From assembly GCF_037042905.1 (NCBI RefSeq), contig NC_087245.1, positions 37,512,001-37,576,000 on the forward strand: a stretch of DNA of 64,000 nt. Reading direction: 5' to 3'. Below are positions 1 to 10,866 of this stretch, piece by piece. Source of the stretch: Lytechinus pictus. Its lineage: Eukaryota. The position numbers were made by a program, and so were the translations under genes. The notes under the pieces were generated by a model. That model did not search any database and was not told the DNA's origin. It saw only the letters and a program-made list of their open reading frames with translations. Each line of letters opens with the position of its first letter. Position 1 is the first letter of the stretch.

Positions 1-831
1 AATTACAATTTGAATAACTTGGTTCTTTAAAAACACTAACTTCTAAAAGTATTGAACTGCATCAACTTGTACAATCTGTAATTGATAACCTAGTATAAAA
101 GTGAAAAAAAGACAATTTTTGTTACATCCTTGTATATCAAAATCGTCCAATATTTTTGTACATGTAACAGATGACTTGGTACAATGTATACAAGCAAAAT
201 ACCTAATTTCCGTACTGTGCAGGGAAAAAATTAGCCCGTTGTGTAATAAGAGCATAAAATGGTTTTGTAATAGTATGAAAATATTGAGGCATTTATGAAA
301 ATACATGATACACATGCAATTAATTCAAATGTCACATAATATAACATGAAAAATAGCACAAATTTCAAACGATTGCTCGATCAAAATTTTTTTAAAATAT
401 TCAACGCTCCGAAAATGTTCTTACAGTTCGGTTGAGATATTTGCTGATTTAGTAGTTGATCTTAATTGATGATTATTTTCTATTAAAATTATATTACTTT
501 TGAATGTTGTTCTAGAAATAGAATATATTTGTTGATTCTTGTTACAACATTTCACTATCTTCTTTCTTCTTGGAAAAAGTTCCTTGGTGTTCAAATTTCT
601 ATATCATCGCGACGTTGACTGTTGAAGATTACGTTTTCAAATAAGTTCAGTCTCTTGAATATTTTGATGCTTGATATTTCTTCAAAAAAGTTTAAAATGT
701 TCCAGTTCGAAGATTGAAGCATGGGAATCATTTAATTTTGGATGATTTTGTTGAATTTACTCTCATTGTTGCTATTTCTTTGAAAGGTTAAAATTGTAAA
801 TGTAAAAGCTGAAATCAATAAATTCACATTA

Positions 832-3800
832 TCATTTTTCAACCTCGCAAAATCTTTTTGGTATTTTTACTCTTCTTCCATAACGCGTAGTTGTGATGTT
901 CTCATCTGGTGGACGTCCATGGGGTTGAGTTTGAGGGGCATTATGGTGTCTGACATCGGATGGACCTGGGGTTTGGTTAGGAAGACCTGGTGTGCGTTCA
1001 TCAGAGGGGTTTGGTAGTAGTTGGTCATCTGACTGATTCCGGTCAGTTCTACGAACTTCTCGCCTCGGCTGGATGGGCTCTGACCATGATGGTTGGTCAG
1101 ATGCAGACTGGGGGTGAACATCTGGCGATGACAATTCTGACCATGAAGATTGGTCAGATGAAGGAGGATGTTGGGCATCAGGTGTAGAGCGAGACTGCCC
1201 TGACCATGAAGGTTGGTCAGATGAAGGAGGACGTTGGGCATCAGGTGTAGAGGCAGACTGCCCTGACCATGATGGTTGGCCAGTATCTGTCGTCAGTTGT
1301 GGTTTGGTAGTTGACCATTCGATGAAGGAAGTTTGAGGATGAGATTGAAAACTTGAAGGAGGTTTTGAGTTTGAAGGAGGTTTTGAATTTGAAGGAGGGA
1401 TGGTTGGATGAGTTCCACCTTCTTTACTAGACTCAGGTTGTTGAGGTAGTTTCGATCTGAAGAGCTTCAGTCTGTTATGATGCACTACCTTCTGTATTCT
1501 CTGATTATGGATGTCTTCAATACGATAGTTCAAACCATCTTCTGAGGAAGACATAATGGAAAATGGTCCGGTCCAGTTTGGTTGTAGCTTGTGTCTGGCA
1601 TTTGCTGGGTCATGAAGCCAAACTAAGTCTCCAACAGAGTACTTGATGGTACGAGTCTTCATGTCATAACCTACTTTCTGCTGCTTTTGGGCAAGTTCAG
1701 ATTTTTGCTTGGCATAATGAAATGCTTTCTTAAGACGTTGTTGGAGATCCATAACATACTGTTCTGGTGAGGTAGTATGTTGCTGTCCTGGAACTGGACA
1801 TGTTATGTTCACTGGAACTCGAGCTTCTCTTCCATGAAGAAGGAAGTAGGGACTAAGTCCTGTTGTGGAGTGGACACTTGAGTTGTATGCAAGTTGTAGT
1901 TGAGGGAGGTGAGAATCCCAATCTCCACGTTTGTCAGCGACATATCGTGCTAATTGTTCTTTGATCACACGATTTGCTCGTTCGACCATTCCAGCACCTT
2001 GAGGATGGTAAGGCGAAGATCTGGATTTGCGAATTCCAAGTTTCTCGCAAAGTTGTTGTACGAGCCTTGACTCAAACTGTCGACCTTGGTCAGTGTGCAG
2101 AGTTTCTGGCACACCATGCTCTGTGACGTAGTCTTCGAAGATGTGCTTGGCGACCGTCTCGGCAGTTTGGTTCCTCATAGGGTAGATGTTGACATATTTT
2201 GTGAAGTGGTCGATGATGACTAGTATGTAGCGATATCCACGGCGAGAAATAGGGAGTTCAGCGATGTCGGCGAAGATCATCTGAAAAGGGTGATCAGTCG
2301 TTATACTTCGTAATGGGGCTTTGTGTTTTGGATTTGGTGACCTGAACGACTCGCATGCCATACAAGTAGAACAATGGTTGGTAATATCTCGTCTCATGAA
2401 TGGCCAATAACATGTGGCTTCTGCTCGATGAAGTGTGCGCTGAATTCCGAAATGGCCTGATGAAGGATGTCCATGGAGTTCTTCGAGTACTTTAGGAATG
2501 AGCTTTTGAGGTATGACTGGTTGAAGTATTGTTGTGCCAAGTCTATCATATTTCATACGATAGAGTATGTTTCCCTTAATTGTCAGACGAGGGTATTCCC
2601 AGAGTAGTCGTCTCGTACGGGGATTGAAGCGACGTATTTCTCTGACAGATGGTCGATATCCCAACTTGACATACTCCATGACTTGGTTGATGTCTGGGTC
2701 TTTTTCTTGGCGTTCTTGCAACTCAGATTGCTGATCGGCTAGAATGAAATTTTCTGGTTGCGTCTGGTTAGTACTTTGGGACTTGTGTTCAGTCGATCCT
2801 TGAGTAGTGTAAGACTTCATAGTAGACCTTGTGTGAACTACATTACAACTGGTTTGGTCTTGATGTAGGAGATTGGTTTGGTTATCTCTTGAGTGGTTGT
2901 GTGGACGTCGAGAGAGTGCGTCAGCATTCTGATTGGAGCGTCCCTTGCGATGTATGATCTTGAAGGAATAGGCATCCAATTCTACTATCCAGCGTGCACG
3001 TCTACCAGTTGCATCGTCTTGGATTGGTACTTTCATGTATCCTAGAAGTGGTTGGTGGTCTGTGTATACTGAGAAAGGCTGGCCTCTAAGATAGTGGCGG
3101 AAGTGTCGTACAGCTGCGACAATGGCCCACAATTCTCGATCATATGTAGACCATCTCTTCTGACTTTCTGATAGTTTGTGGCTGTAGTAGGCTATGACGT
3201 GTTCTCTTCCATCTTGGACTTGGGAGAGAATAGCTCCAACAGCATCACTAGAAGCATCTGTGGCTATGTTGAATGTCTTGTTGAAGTTAGGAAATGCTAG
3301 TATGGGTGGATTGGTAAGTGCCATTTTCAGTTTGATGAAGGCGTTTTCACAGTCGGCATTCCAGACGAATTGCGTTCCTTTGTGCGTCAGATTGGTAAGA
3401 GGTGTGGAAACTTGGGCAAAGCCTGGAATAAATCGACGATAGAATGAAGCAAGGCCTAAGAATGATCTGATTTGTGAAGGATTCTTGGGTCTTGGCCATG
3501 CTGCAACCTTGGCTGTGTTGTTTGGATCTGGAAGCACTCCTTGTGTACCAATTACATAGCCTAGATAGGTGACTTTCTTCTGTAGAAATTGGCATTTGGT
3601 AGGTTTCAACTTCAATCCGGCGTCTTTGAAGCGCTGGAGGACTTCTTGGAGGTTTTGGAGATGTTCTTCAAAGCTTCTACCCATCACAATACAGTCGTCG
3701 AGGTATATGAGACAAGTCGACCAATGCAGACCATGTAAGACAGATTCCATAAGACGCTGAAATGTCATTGGTGCATTTACTAAGCCGAATGGCATGACAT

Positions 3801-5139
3801 TAAAATGATATAAGCCAGTACCGGTGGTAAAGGCTGTCTTCTCTTTACTTTCTGGGTCAAGTCTAATCTGCCAATACCCGCTTGAAAGATCCATGACACT
3901 GAAGTAGGATGACGAAGAGAGGGCGTCAACAGAATCATCTTGACGAGGTATCGGGTGAGAGTCTCTGATGGTGACGGCATTGAGAGCTCTGTAATCGACA
4001 CAGAATCTGTATGTGTTGTCCTTTTTCTTTACCATCACTATAGGACTCGACCAAGGACTGTGGCTTTCTTTGATAATTCCACGTTCAAGAAGATCATCTA
4101 CCTGTCTCTGAATTTCACATCGCATGGTAGGTGATGTGCGATAAGCTCTTTGACGGATGGGTGTGTCACTCGTTGTGGTTATCTTGTGGTAGACATCAGC
4201 CTGTCCTATATCGTCTTGAGATGAGCTAAACACATCAGCATAGGAATTTAGAACTTGCTTGGTCTTGTCATACTGTTCCTTGGTAAGGTCTGATTTGGAA
4301 AGCATGTCATCTACTGGTAAGATTGGTTTTGCCTCTTGGGTAGCTGCAATCACCTTATCGAAGATCTTGTATTCTTCTTCTGGATCACTGGTCAGTGAGT
4401 GGAAGTGACCAAGGGTGGTGTTCACTGTAAGATCAACCTTTTCTTGAGATGTATTGACCAGTCTAACAAGGATGAGACCGTCTTGGGCTGTGTTCACTGA
4501 TCTGGCACCAGCTACAGGATGATATTCTTGTAATGTTGGCTCAAAGATACCATCATATCCTTGCGGGATAAGGTCTGGTTGTTGAGGTTCTAGTCTGCCT
4601 TGGACATGTATCTCACTCATTGCTGGTATAGAGACTTGTCCTACCAGTGTAACATTGCACTTGAAAGGGGCTTGGTAACGGTGCTTGTCGACTAGAGGTA
4701 TCGTTACTCCTGGCATGGTGAACGTAGTAGTGGAGAGTACTGCGTCGTTTCTCCAAAAGAAATCCCAACCTATGATGACAGGGTGGCTTATTCCTCTGGC
4801 AACCATGAACGTATGTCGTCGTGAAGTATTACCAAGATGTAGGATGATGTCAATGGTACCGATGATGTCTAGAAGCTGTTTGGTGACAGACGTTGCTGCA
4901 ATAGTGGATTTCACTAGAGGGCTTCTCTGAGACTTTGGTATTGAGTCATAGAAATCACTGCTGACAAGGGAGGTGTATGATCCGCAGTCTAAATACGCCA
5001 AGACATATGTGTTGTCTAGGATTACGGGGATGAAGGGTGGTTGTTGCAGCAAACACTCAGATTCATTTTCTTTGTTTATTTGGGCCGTAGTTGTGGGAGT
5101 TGATGAGTGACCCGCATCACCAACTAGAGGTAGTTTCCC
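832..5139 (-). CDS. pol: Gypsy Pol polyprotein (protease, RT, RNase H, integrase), probably expressed as a Gag-Pol -1 frameshift fusion
   Basis: 1406-aa ORF with YLDCGS (protease), LIYLDD (RT), TDAS/DRELWA/YTDHQPL/NADALSR (RNase H), HHCC, FADI/TDQG/VERANR (integrase DDE) and WTGPF. The frame stays open upstream of the TTG at 5052 back to the GGGAAAC site at 5139-5133. Confidence 0.96.
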   Translation of the reverse strand, partial: GKLPLVGDAGHSSTPTTTAQINKENESECLLQQPPFIPVILDNTYVLAYLDCGSYTSLVSSDFYDSIPKSQRSPLVKSTIAATSVTKQLLDIIGTIDIILHLGNTSRRHTFMVARGISHPVIIGWDFFWRNDAVLSTTTFTMPGVTIPLVDKHRYQAPFKCNVTLVGQVSIPAMSEIHVQGRLEPQQPDLIPQGYDGIFEPTLQEYHPVAGARSVNTAQDGLILVRLVNTSQEKVDLTVNTTLGHFHSLTSDPEEEYKIFDKVIAATQEAKPILPVDDMLSKSDLTKEQYDKTKQVLNSYADVFSSSQDDIGQADVYHKITTTSDTPIRQRAYRTSPTMRCEIQRQVDDLLERGIIKESHSPWSSPIVMVKKKDNTYRFCVDYRALNAVTIRDSHPIPRQDDSVDALSSSSYFSVMDLSSGYWQIRLDPESKEKTAFTTGTGLYHFNVMPFGLVNAPMTFQRLMESVLHGLHWSTCLIYLDDCIVMGRSFEEHLQNLQEVLQRFKDAGLKLKPTKCQFLQKKVTYLGYVIGTQGVLPDPNNTAKVAAWPRPKNPSQIRSFLGLASFYRRFIPGFAQVSTPLTNLTHKGTQFVWNADCENAFIKLKMALTNPPILAFPNFNKTFNIATDASSDAVGAILSQVQDGREHVIAYYSHKLSESQKRWSTYDRELWAIVAAVRHFRHYLRGQPFSVYTDHQPLLGYMKVPIQDDATGRRARWIVELDAYSFKIIHRKGRSNQNADALSRRPHNHSRDNQTNLLHQDQTSCNVVHTRSTMKSYTTQGSTEHKSQSTNQTQPENFILADQQSELQERQEKDPDINQVMEYVKLGYRPSVREIRRFNPRTRRLLWEYPRLTIKGNILYRMKYDRLGTTILQPVIPQKLIPKVLEELHGHPSSGHFGIQRTLHRAEATCYWPFMRRDITNHCSTCMACESFRSPNPKHKAPLRSITTDHPFQMIFADIAELPISRRGYRYILVIIDHFTKYVNIYPMRNQTAETVAKHIFEDYVTEHGVPETLHTDQGRQFESRLVQQLCEKLGIRKSRSSPYHPQGAGMVERANRVIKEQLARYVADKRGDWDSHLPQLQLAYNSSVHSTTGLSPYFLLHGREARVPVNITCPVPGQQHTTSPEQYVMDLQQRLKKAFHYAKQKSELAQKQQKVGYDMKTRTIKYSVGDLVWLHDPANARHKLQPNWTGPFSIMSSSEDGLNYRIEDIHNQRIQKVVHHNRLKLFRSKLPQQPESSKEGGTHPTIPPSNSKPPSNSKPPSSFQSHPQTSFIEWSTTKPQLTTDTGQPSWSGQSASTPDAQRPPSSDQPSWSGQSRSTPDAQHPPSSDQSSWSELSSPDVHPQSASDQPSWSEPIQPRREVRRTDRNQSDDQLLPNPSDERTPGLPNQTPGPSDVRHHNAPQTQPHGRPPDENITTTRYGRRVKIPKRFCEVEK

Positions 5140-6236
5140 TGGTAAGTTCTATCGGCTTGGTCGTTGAAGCGAACATTCCGTTGCCTTCTGGGTGGAGTAG
5201 GGGGACGTCTACTCGGCATATCTGGTCTGAAGGAGGATGACTGTGAGTGCGACGAGTATCTTGTCGGACTGGATGAGGGCGACGAGAAATTCCTTCTAGG
5301 TGAGTCTGATCGATGGAGGGAGGAATCATGATAAGAATGGGGATATGATCTATGTCGTGATCTCTCTTGCTGGTAAGTATGCCTATCGTGGTAGTACCCA
5401 TATCTTGTCGGACTAGATGAGGGTGAACGATGTCCATGATATGGCCTTTCATCACGACGGGAGTATCTAGTCGGACTTGAGTATGCTGACCGACGATAGT
5501 ATGATCTATCATCACCACGTGAGTACCTATTTGGACTTGAGTATGGTGACTGATGATAATTTCTGTCATGTGGTCTTTTCTCGAAGGAGGAAGGAGATCT
5601 TGAGCGACCTGACATCGTGAGTGTTTCAATCTTTTCCTCTAGGGAGGCAATACGCTGCATGAGTGCATCGTTTGAGTTTTCAGACTTGGATGTAGCAGCC
5701 ACTTGAATCTGAGTACTATCAGACTGACCCAAAAGTGTTGCTTGTTCTATGCGAACTGCAGTATTAACGGCTTGATTGAAAGATTTGACACCGTGTTCAT
5801 ATAGCTTTCTCCTCAGCTGTAAGTCTAAGCCTGCCATGAAGCGACGAAACTTCTCTCCATCTTGAGCTTCCTCATCGTACTTGGGAAAAGCTTCACCAAC
5901 TAACGTTGAAATAGCTGCTGCAAATACTTCAATAGGTTCTAGGTGCTGTCTAGTCCGTGCAGTAACACAAGAACGGAAGTTTGTTAGGTATGTTTTTCTG
6001 CCAAATATTTCTGAAAGAATTGTCTTTACTTTCTCAAAGTCTCTCTTATCAGAATCAGGAATATTTTCCCAGACAGTAAATGCTGAACCTGAAAGTCTGG
6101 AAGGAAGCAAGCTATGTTTCTGAGCATTACTACTGCCTACTGAGTCAACTGCAACTTCAAATCTTTTCACCCATTGGTGAAAATCTTGACCTTCTCCAGT
6201 GAAAGTCTCTGGTAATTCAAGGCGAAACATTGCCAT
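5124..6236 (-). CDS. gag: Gypsy Gag protein (370 aa)
   Basis: ATG-initiated ORF upstream of pol. It has a capsid-like N-terminus (PETFTGEGQDFHQWVKRFE; RFMAGL), a coiled-coil-like linker and an R/S/Y-rich C-terminus. Confidence 0.92.
   Translation of the reverse strand: MAMFRLELPETFTGEGQDFHQWVKRFEVAVDSVGSSNAQKHSLLPSRLSGSAFTVWENIPDSDKRDFEKVKTILSEIFGRKTYLTNFRSCVTARTRQHLEPIEVFAAAISTLVGEAFPKYDEEAQDGEKFRRFMAGLDLQLRRKLYEHGVKSFNQAVNTAVRIEQATLLGQSDSTQIQVAATSKSENSNDALMQRIASLEEKIETLTMSGRSRSPSSFEKRPHDRNYHQSPYSSPNRYSRGDDRSYYRRSAYSSPTRYSRRDERPYHGHRSPSSSPTRYGYYHDRHTYQQERSRHRSYPHSYHDSSLHRSDSPRRNFSSPSSSPTRYSSHSQSSSFRPDMPSRRPPTPPRRQRNVRFNDQADRTYQGNYL
5133..5139 (-). promoter_or_regulatory. -1 ribosomal frameshift slippery heptamer G GGA AAC
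   Basis: X XXY YYZ heptamer in the gag frame two sense codons before the gag TAG. The -1 frame is the pol frame, and a stem-loop follows. Confidence 0.85.
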
Positions 6237-6709
6237 GATGAATTAAGACTACCAGACAATGCTGTACAAGTTCATGTAAATGAAGAAGGGCGATCAACTT
6301 TCATTAACAGCATAAAAGTGTCTTAATGAAGGAGGGAGCTTACTAATAATGCAAAGGATGAAAATACTATCTCATAAGTTGTATACTAATAAATAACTTG
6401 AGAATAAATGATGAAGGATGACATCAAATATATATGATATCTGACAAAATGGTGGTAGACTTACTCAAATATGTAGACAAATTTACTCTGCTAAAATTCA
6501 AGATGAAGGGAGAAATCAAGACTTGAAGCAAGTTGCAAAATGCTTGAAGTACTAAACCCACGATGAGTAGTATATTGAAGTCTATGCACATGAAGTAGGA
6601 GGCAAATAGCTTTACTGAAGGAGGAAGAGCTAACATGTCAGTTGAAACAGGGTGAAATTAGCTTGGTAGGGCTATCACTGGCTGCAAACTCTGCCTGAAG
6701 TTAGGGAGA

Positions 6710-6723
6710 CACCGCTGCTACCA
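6710..6723 (-). other. Primer-binding site TGGTAGCAGCGGTG (tRNA-Leu-like; terminal 9 nt also fit tRNA-iMet)
   Basis: Begins with TGG 3 nt after the LTR-terminal CA. It matches the 3' end of metazoan tRNA-Leu(AAG), CACCGCTGCCACCA as recalled, at 13/14. Confidence 0.85.
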
Positions 6724-6726
6724 GTT

Positions 6727-7254
6727 TGTAGTGTGGCCGAGTGTTCTAACATGTCTACCTCACAAATCAGTCAGAAACAAGCAAACTCATATTATATTGA
6801 ACTAAACTCAAAAATAAAGATGTTGACCAAAATGAAGTCTCGTAGTGCTCTGATTTATTGGTCTGCAATGCAGACCTCACTAGGCATTGCCTTCACAAAT
6901 AATACATTCAAATATATTCAAAAATAATGTCACATGATAAATTCAACCAATAGAGAAACAGAGAATGGGAGAACCCAGAAAAGTGGAGGAACCAAGGGTG
7001 AAAGGTGAACCAATGAGGATGAGGTAAGATGATATGAATGAAGAAGAATGTTCTGAATGTAAATGAGAAAATAACAATAGAAACATGTGAAGCTGTATGG
7101 AGTTGGAATGGCAATGGAATGATGTGATGAAGAAACTAAGGAATGAGAGAAACGGGTGTGTGACAGAGGCATAGAAATGGTAGTGAAGAGAAGTATGGAA
7201 AGCAAAGTGTGAAATAAACAATTATATTAAATAAGGCAAAATTCAACTCTTACA
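6727..7254 (-). repeat. 5' LTR (~528 bp)
   Basis: Minus strand reads TGTAAGAG...CACTACA, directly followed by the PBS. The distal boundary is inferred from the TGTA/TACA terminal repeat because no second LTR is available for comparison. Confidence 0.72.
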
Positions 7255-10200
7255 TTATTTTAAATTGTGATGATGTTCAATCAAATTCAATAAGAATTTG
7301 TTATCTATCCTTCCACAATTTTTGTTGATTTTGCTAGAGAGTATGATATGAATGATTGTTCAAGTTGAACATTGTTTTCCTTCTGTGATGTAGACTTCCT
7401 TCGCATTTTATTCATTGATTCCTCTGTCTTCTGGGTCAGTGATCCTTCTGATCCTAAGACAGTCCTTCGTCTGTATCTTATGATCCAATTCCACTCTAAT
7501 TCCTGTTCAAAAATTCCCTTTCCTGTGTGATGAGTGTCGCACAACCATCTCAGTCAGTCCTTTTTGAAAATTTTCTGCTCGAAAAATTATTCCAGATCCT
7601 GTTTCCGTTTCATCCCTTTTTTTGACCTAAATTTATTAGAAGATACAATCTATTATCTCTTAGGAACGCACATAGGATTATTGATTATGAATTTCCAATT
7701 TATACCAATATCGTTGATTATAACATCATTAACAACAACATGCTTTACCTTTTTAGAAAATATTAGAGATGATGATATAACAGTATGATATATCTTTAAG
7801 TGATAGTGCAAATTTATGTTTCCAAAAGATTTACTTGTATTTGGATTATTAAAGGTTTCAATTGAAACTGCATGACAGGTCTATACTTCAAAGCATCCAG
7901 TATGGCTTGATCAGGGAATTATGGCATAAATGGATGTATGATATATCCTTGATCATCTATTAATGATCATGACCTGAGGAAATTCCTGATCTTCAATAAG
8001 TAGCAAATCAAGGAGCAACGTAGCAAATCTTTTCACCCTTGGGAAGAGAGAAGCAAGCTATGTAGCCTATGGTTTTGATCCCTTTTTATCTGCAAATGAT
8101 CCAAATGAGATTTAAGTTCAGGTCTTTGTTCGCTCCAGATATGTGTTGTCAGGTCATAGTCCCATACCTGTTTGGTTATGCTGTAATTTTTTGCAGGTCA
8201 TGTTGTTAGGGGATTTGTAATATATTTCATATCTTGTAATATAAATTTAGTAGTAAAGTTTTATACAGTGTTGTCATTACAGGAGATAACATCTATCACA
8301 TATCTTTTGCCATTTCACATCAATAATTGAAATATTGAAATAAAAAATGCAAAATCATAATTTCATGTATAGTGATGTAAGATATAAAATAAGGAAGAAT
8401 GCAGTCTAGCCAACTCTAGCCTAGCCATAGATCATTTTTCAGTTCATAAAATTGATTTGAAAATATATCCTGAAGATGTAATAATTGGGATGCCATGAAT
8501 GAGGTAGTTTCTCATCAATTATTCCATATAACATTTGTGTGAAACTAATTCATGATGATCGCCACTCTTATCAAGCCATATGATGCAAGATCATCTTGAC
8601 AGAAGAAAAAAAATTATTTAATTGATATTAATAAAAGTCAAAATTGATTTCAGTGGTGAATGTGCTCTCACTGCTCTGACATGTGAAAGAATCTATCAAA
8701 AATTCAATGAGATATTCAAGGAATATAACCCACCGTGATACCATATTAAAACCATATTACAGCTATATCACTTCATGTCTGCATTGCATTTTTGCCCAAA
8801 GCTGAATGTTACGGGTTGCGCTATTGGTTGATGTCCTGGAATAATGTCCTGAAACTATGTCCCTGTCCATGGAAATATTATAGTTTAGTTTAGTTTACTC
8901 CAACGATGTCGTAGGACTGAGCCTGTTCATCGATCAAAGTAGAATGTCTATTGCTGCTCTCCTTCAGACAAAATTAGATGCACTACTTATGTTGGCAGGG
9001 AGGGGTGGCAGGGGTATCGTAGACAGCAAACAAATTCCATGAAAAACACACGAAAATCAATCAAAATCATAGGCAATCTTCTCCCAATGCTTATCCGGTC
9101 TATTCTTACATGCAATCATGAATGCAGTTTTCAGTTCCTGATGTATTTCATTGTTGCTTCAGCCACCCAAAGTAGAAATTCTGTAATTGAAAAAAAAGGT
9201 CTACACAAGTTATTATACTGAGTGATGGATAGTAATAAATTTAGAAATACAATTAAAGAGATTCAGAATTTGCATTCAACCTTTTTGTGTGGGAATGATG
9301 AAAATGGGAATAGTGACCTTTCAATTTCTTTCTTATCATTTTAGGAACTTATATTACATAGGAAGAATATTCGTATAGTAATAGTTCCACTGCAAAAAAT
9401 TGCATCTGAGATGCCCTTACCATCAAACTTTCCCCAAAAATTTTAGCTGGAACATTGAACTAAACATTTATATATCATCCCATATATACATTTTTGGGAG
9501 TGAATGTGCCTTGAAGCAGGTTGTAGGGTTGAAGAAAATTATATGTTTGGAGTTGAAAATAAATGAAGTTCTAAATCATCAAACTGAAGGGGAATGAAGC
9601 AGACGCAAAATGAAGAGAACTTAAACCGAAGGAGTCTGGTTGTACACTGTTTAATATCTGGGCTATTTTGCCTCAGCTTAACTTTGGATCACAGTATAAT
9701 TTACATAAATATTTAAATTAGAAATAACAACCAATCAAACTAAAGAAAATGGAAGGATCGAACTAAAATGTAAGAACCCAATTCATAAGATAAACCAATA
9801 AGGAATGAGATGAGATGACAAAGATGTCTGGTGATTATGTAATAATGGAAGTAGAAACTAAGGAGTCAGGTGAGGGATGGAATGAGTGGAACACCAGTCC
9901 TGAAGAGAGAATAGAGAAGGAATGAAGATGACAAGAGAAACACAGGAAAGGCATTCAGAGTAGAATGAATGAATGACAACTGAATATCATTAAACTCAAA
10001 TAACCTAAGTCCAGACTGCAAGGGCAGTACTGAAAAGAAATGCAAATGAACTTAAGTCTAGACAGAACAGAAATGTAAAACACCTGAAGAAAACACAAGT
10101 CAAAGGAAATAAACAAAATAGGTAAATGACAAATTAACAATCCCACAAGAACAAAGTCAATTTCTTATCAATCTATAAATCCTGTAAATATACCATAATG

Positions 10201-10590
10201 AAACATATTCATTTATATATATAGGCCTACTGTATACGAGTATTACCTCACACAATATTTTAAATGAATCAAACATATATCATTACATACAGAACAATAC
10301 TTTCCCTAGAAATTGTCACCGAACTCCTATACAGAATGAAAAGGGAACATCGCATAAAATCTGACCAACGAAAGTAACTGATTTTGTATCTACTTGAATA
10401 TAAAGCTAAAAGAATCTAGGTATTGGAAATCATTTTATTGAGGGTTGCTTTTAAACCCATCGTATCCCAAGCCTATCATGTGAGCACTTGTTACAAACAA
10501 AATATGGTATCGCTCAGGACTGATAGGATTAACATTATAGGTGACAGGAAAGGAGGGAAGCCTTGGAAATATATTAGAGATAAAAACAAA

Positions 10591-10866
10591 CAGGGCCCTG
10601 TCTTACAAAGGGTTGCAATCGATCCATTCAATCACAACTATGGACGGCCAGCAACGTCAACATCTATTATGCATGTTCGTTCAAAATATTTTCTAGCCAT
10701 GATGTATATTCATGCATTCATTGTTTTCTTTACAATTCACTGTGCTTCTCTTTGTTTACCAACGACATTGTGCAAATTTCCCGTAGAAAAAATGATGACA
10801 CTGTTGGATTTCGATAGAGTTACGATTGATTGGATCAATCGTAGCTCTTTGTTAGATGGGGCCCGG
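10591..10866. mobile_element. MITE with inverted ends GGGCCCTGTCTTACAAAG / CTTTGTTAGATGGGGCCC
   Basis: Imperfect terminal inverted repeats. Confidence 0.6.

Larger units (their letters stand above)
832..7254 (-). mobile_element. Ty3/Gypsy LTR retrotransposon, apparently intact; 3' LTR not in window
   Basis: Minus-strand order is LTR (TG...CA), PBS, gag, then pol with PR-RT-RNaseH-integrase order. No second LTR copy is seen in 1-831. Confidence 0.96.

Noticed and set aside
1..831. env-like third ORF or 3' LTR of the Gypsy element
   Set aside because: No long ORF and no match to the 6727-7254 LTR in this interval.
867..1241. 124-aa ORF overlapping the pol tail
   Set aside because: Alternative frame of the same in-frame repeats; no independent coding evidence.
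5117..5629. 170-aa ORF overlapping gag
   Set aside because: Third-frame by-product of the repetitive gag region; it stops at 5117 and does not join pol.
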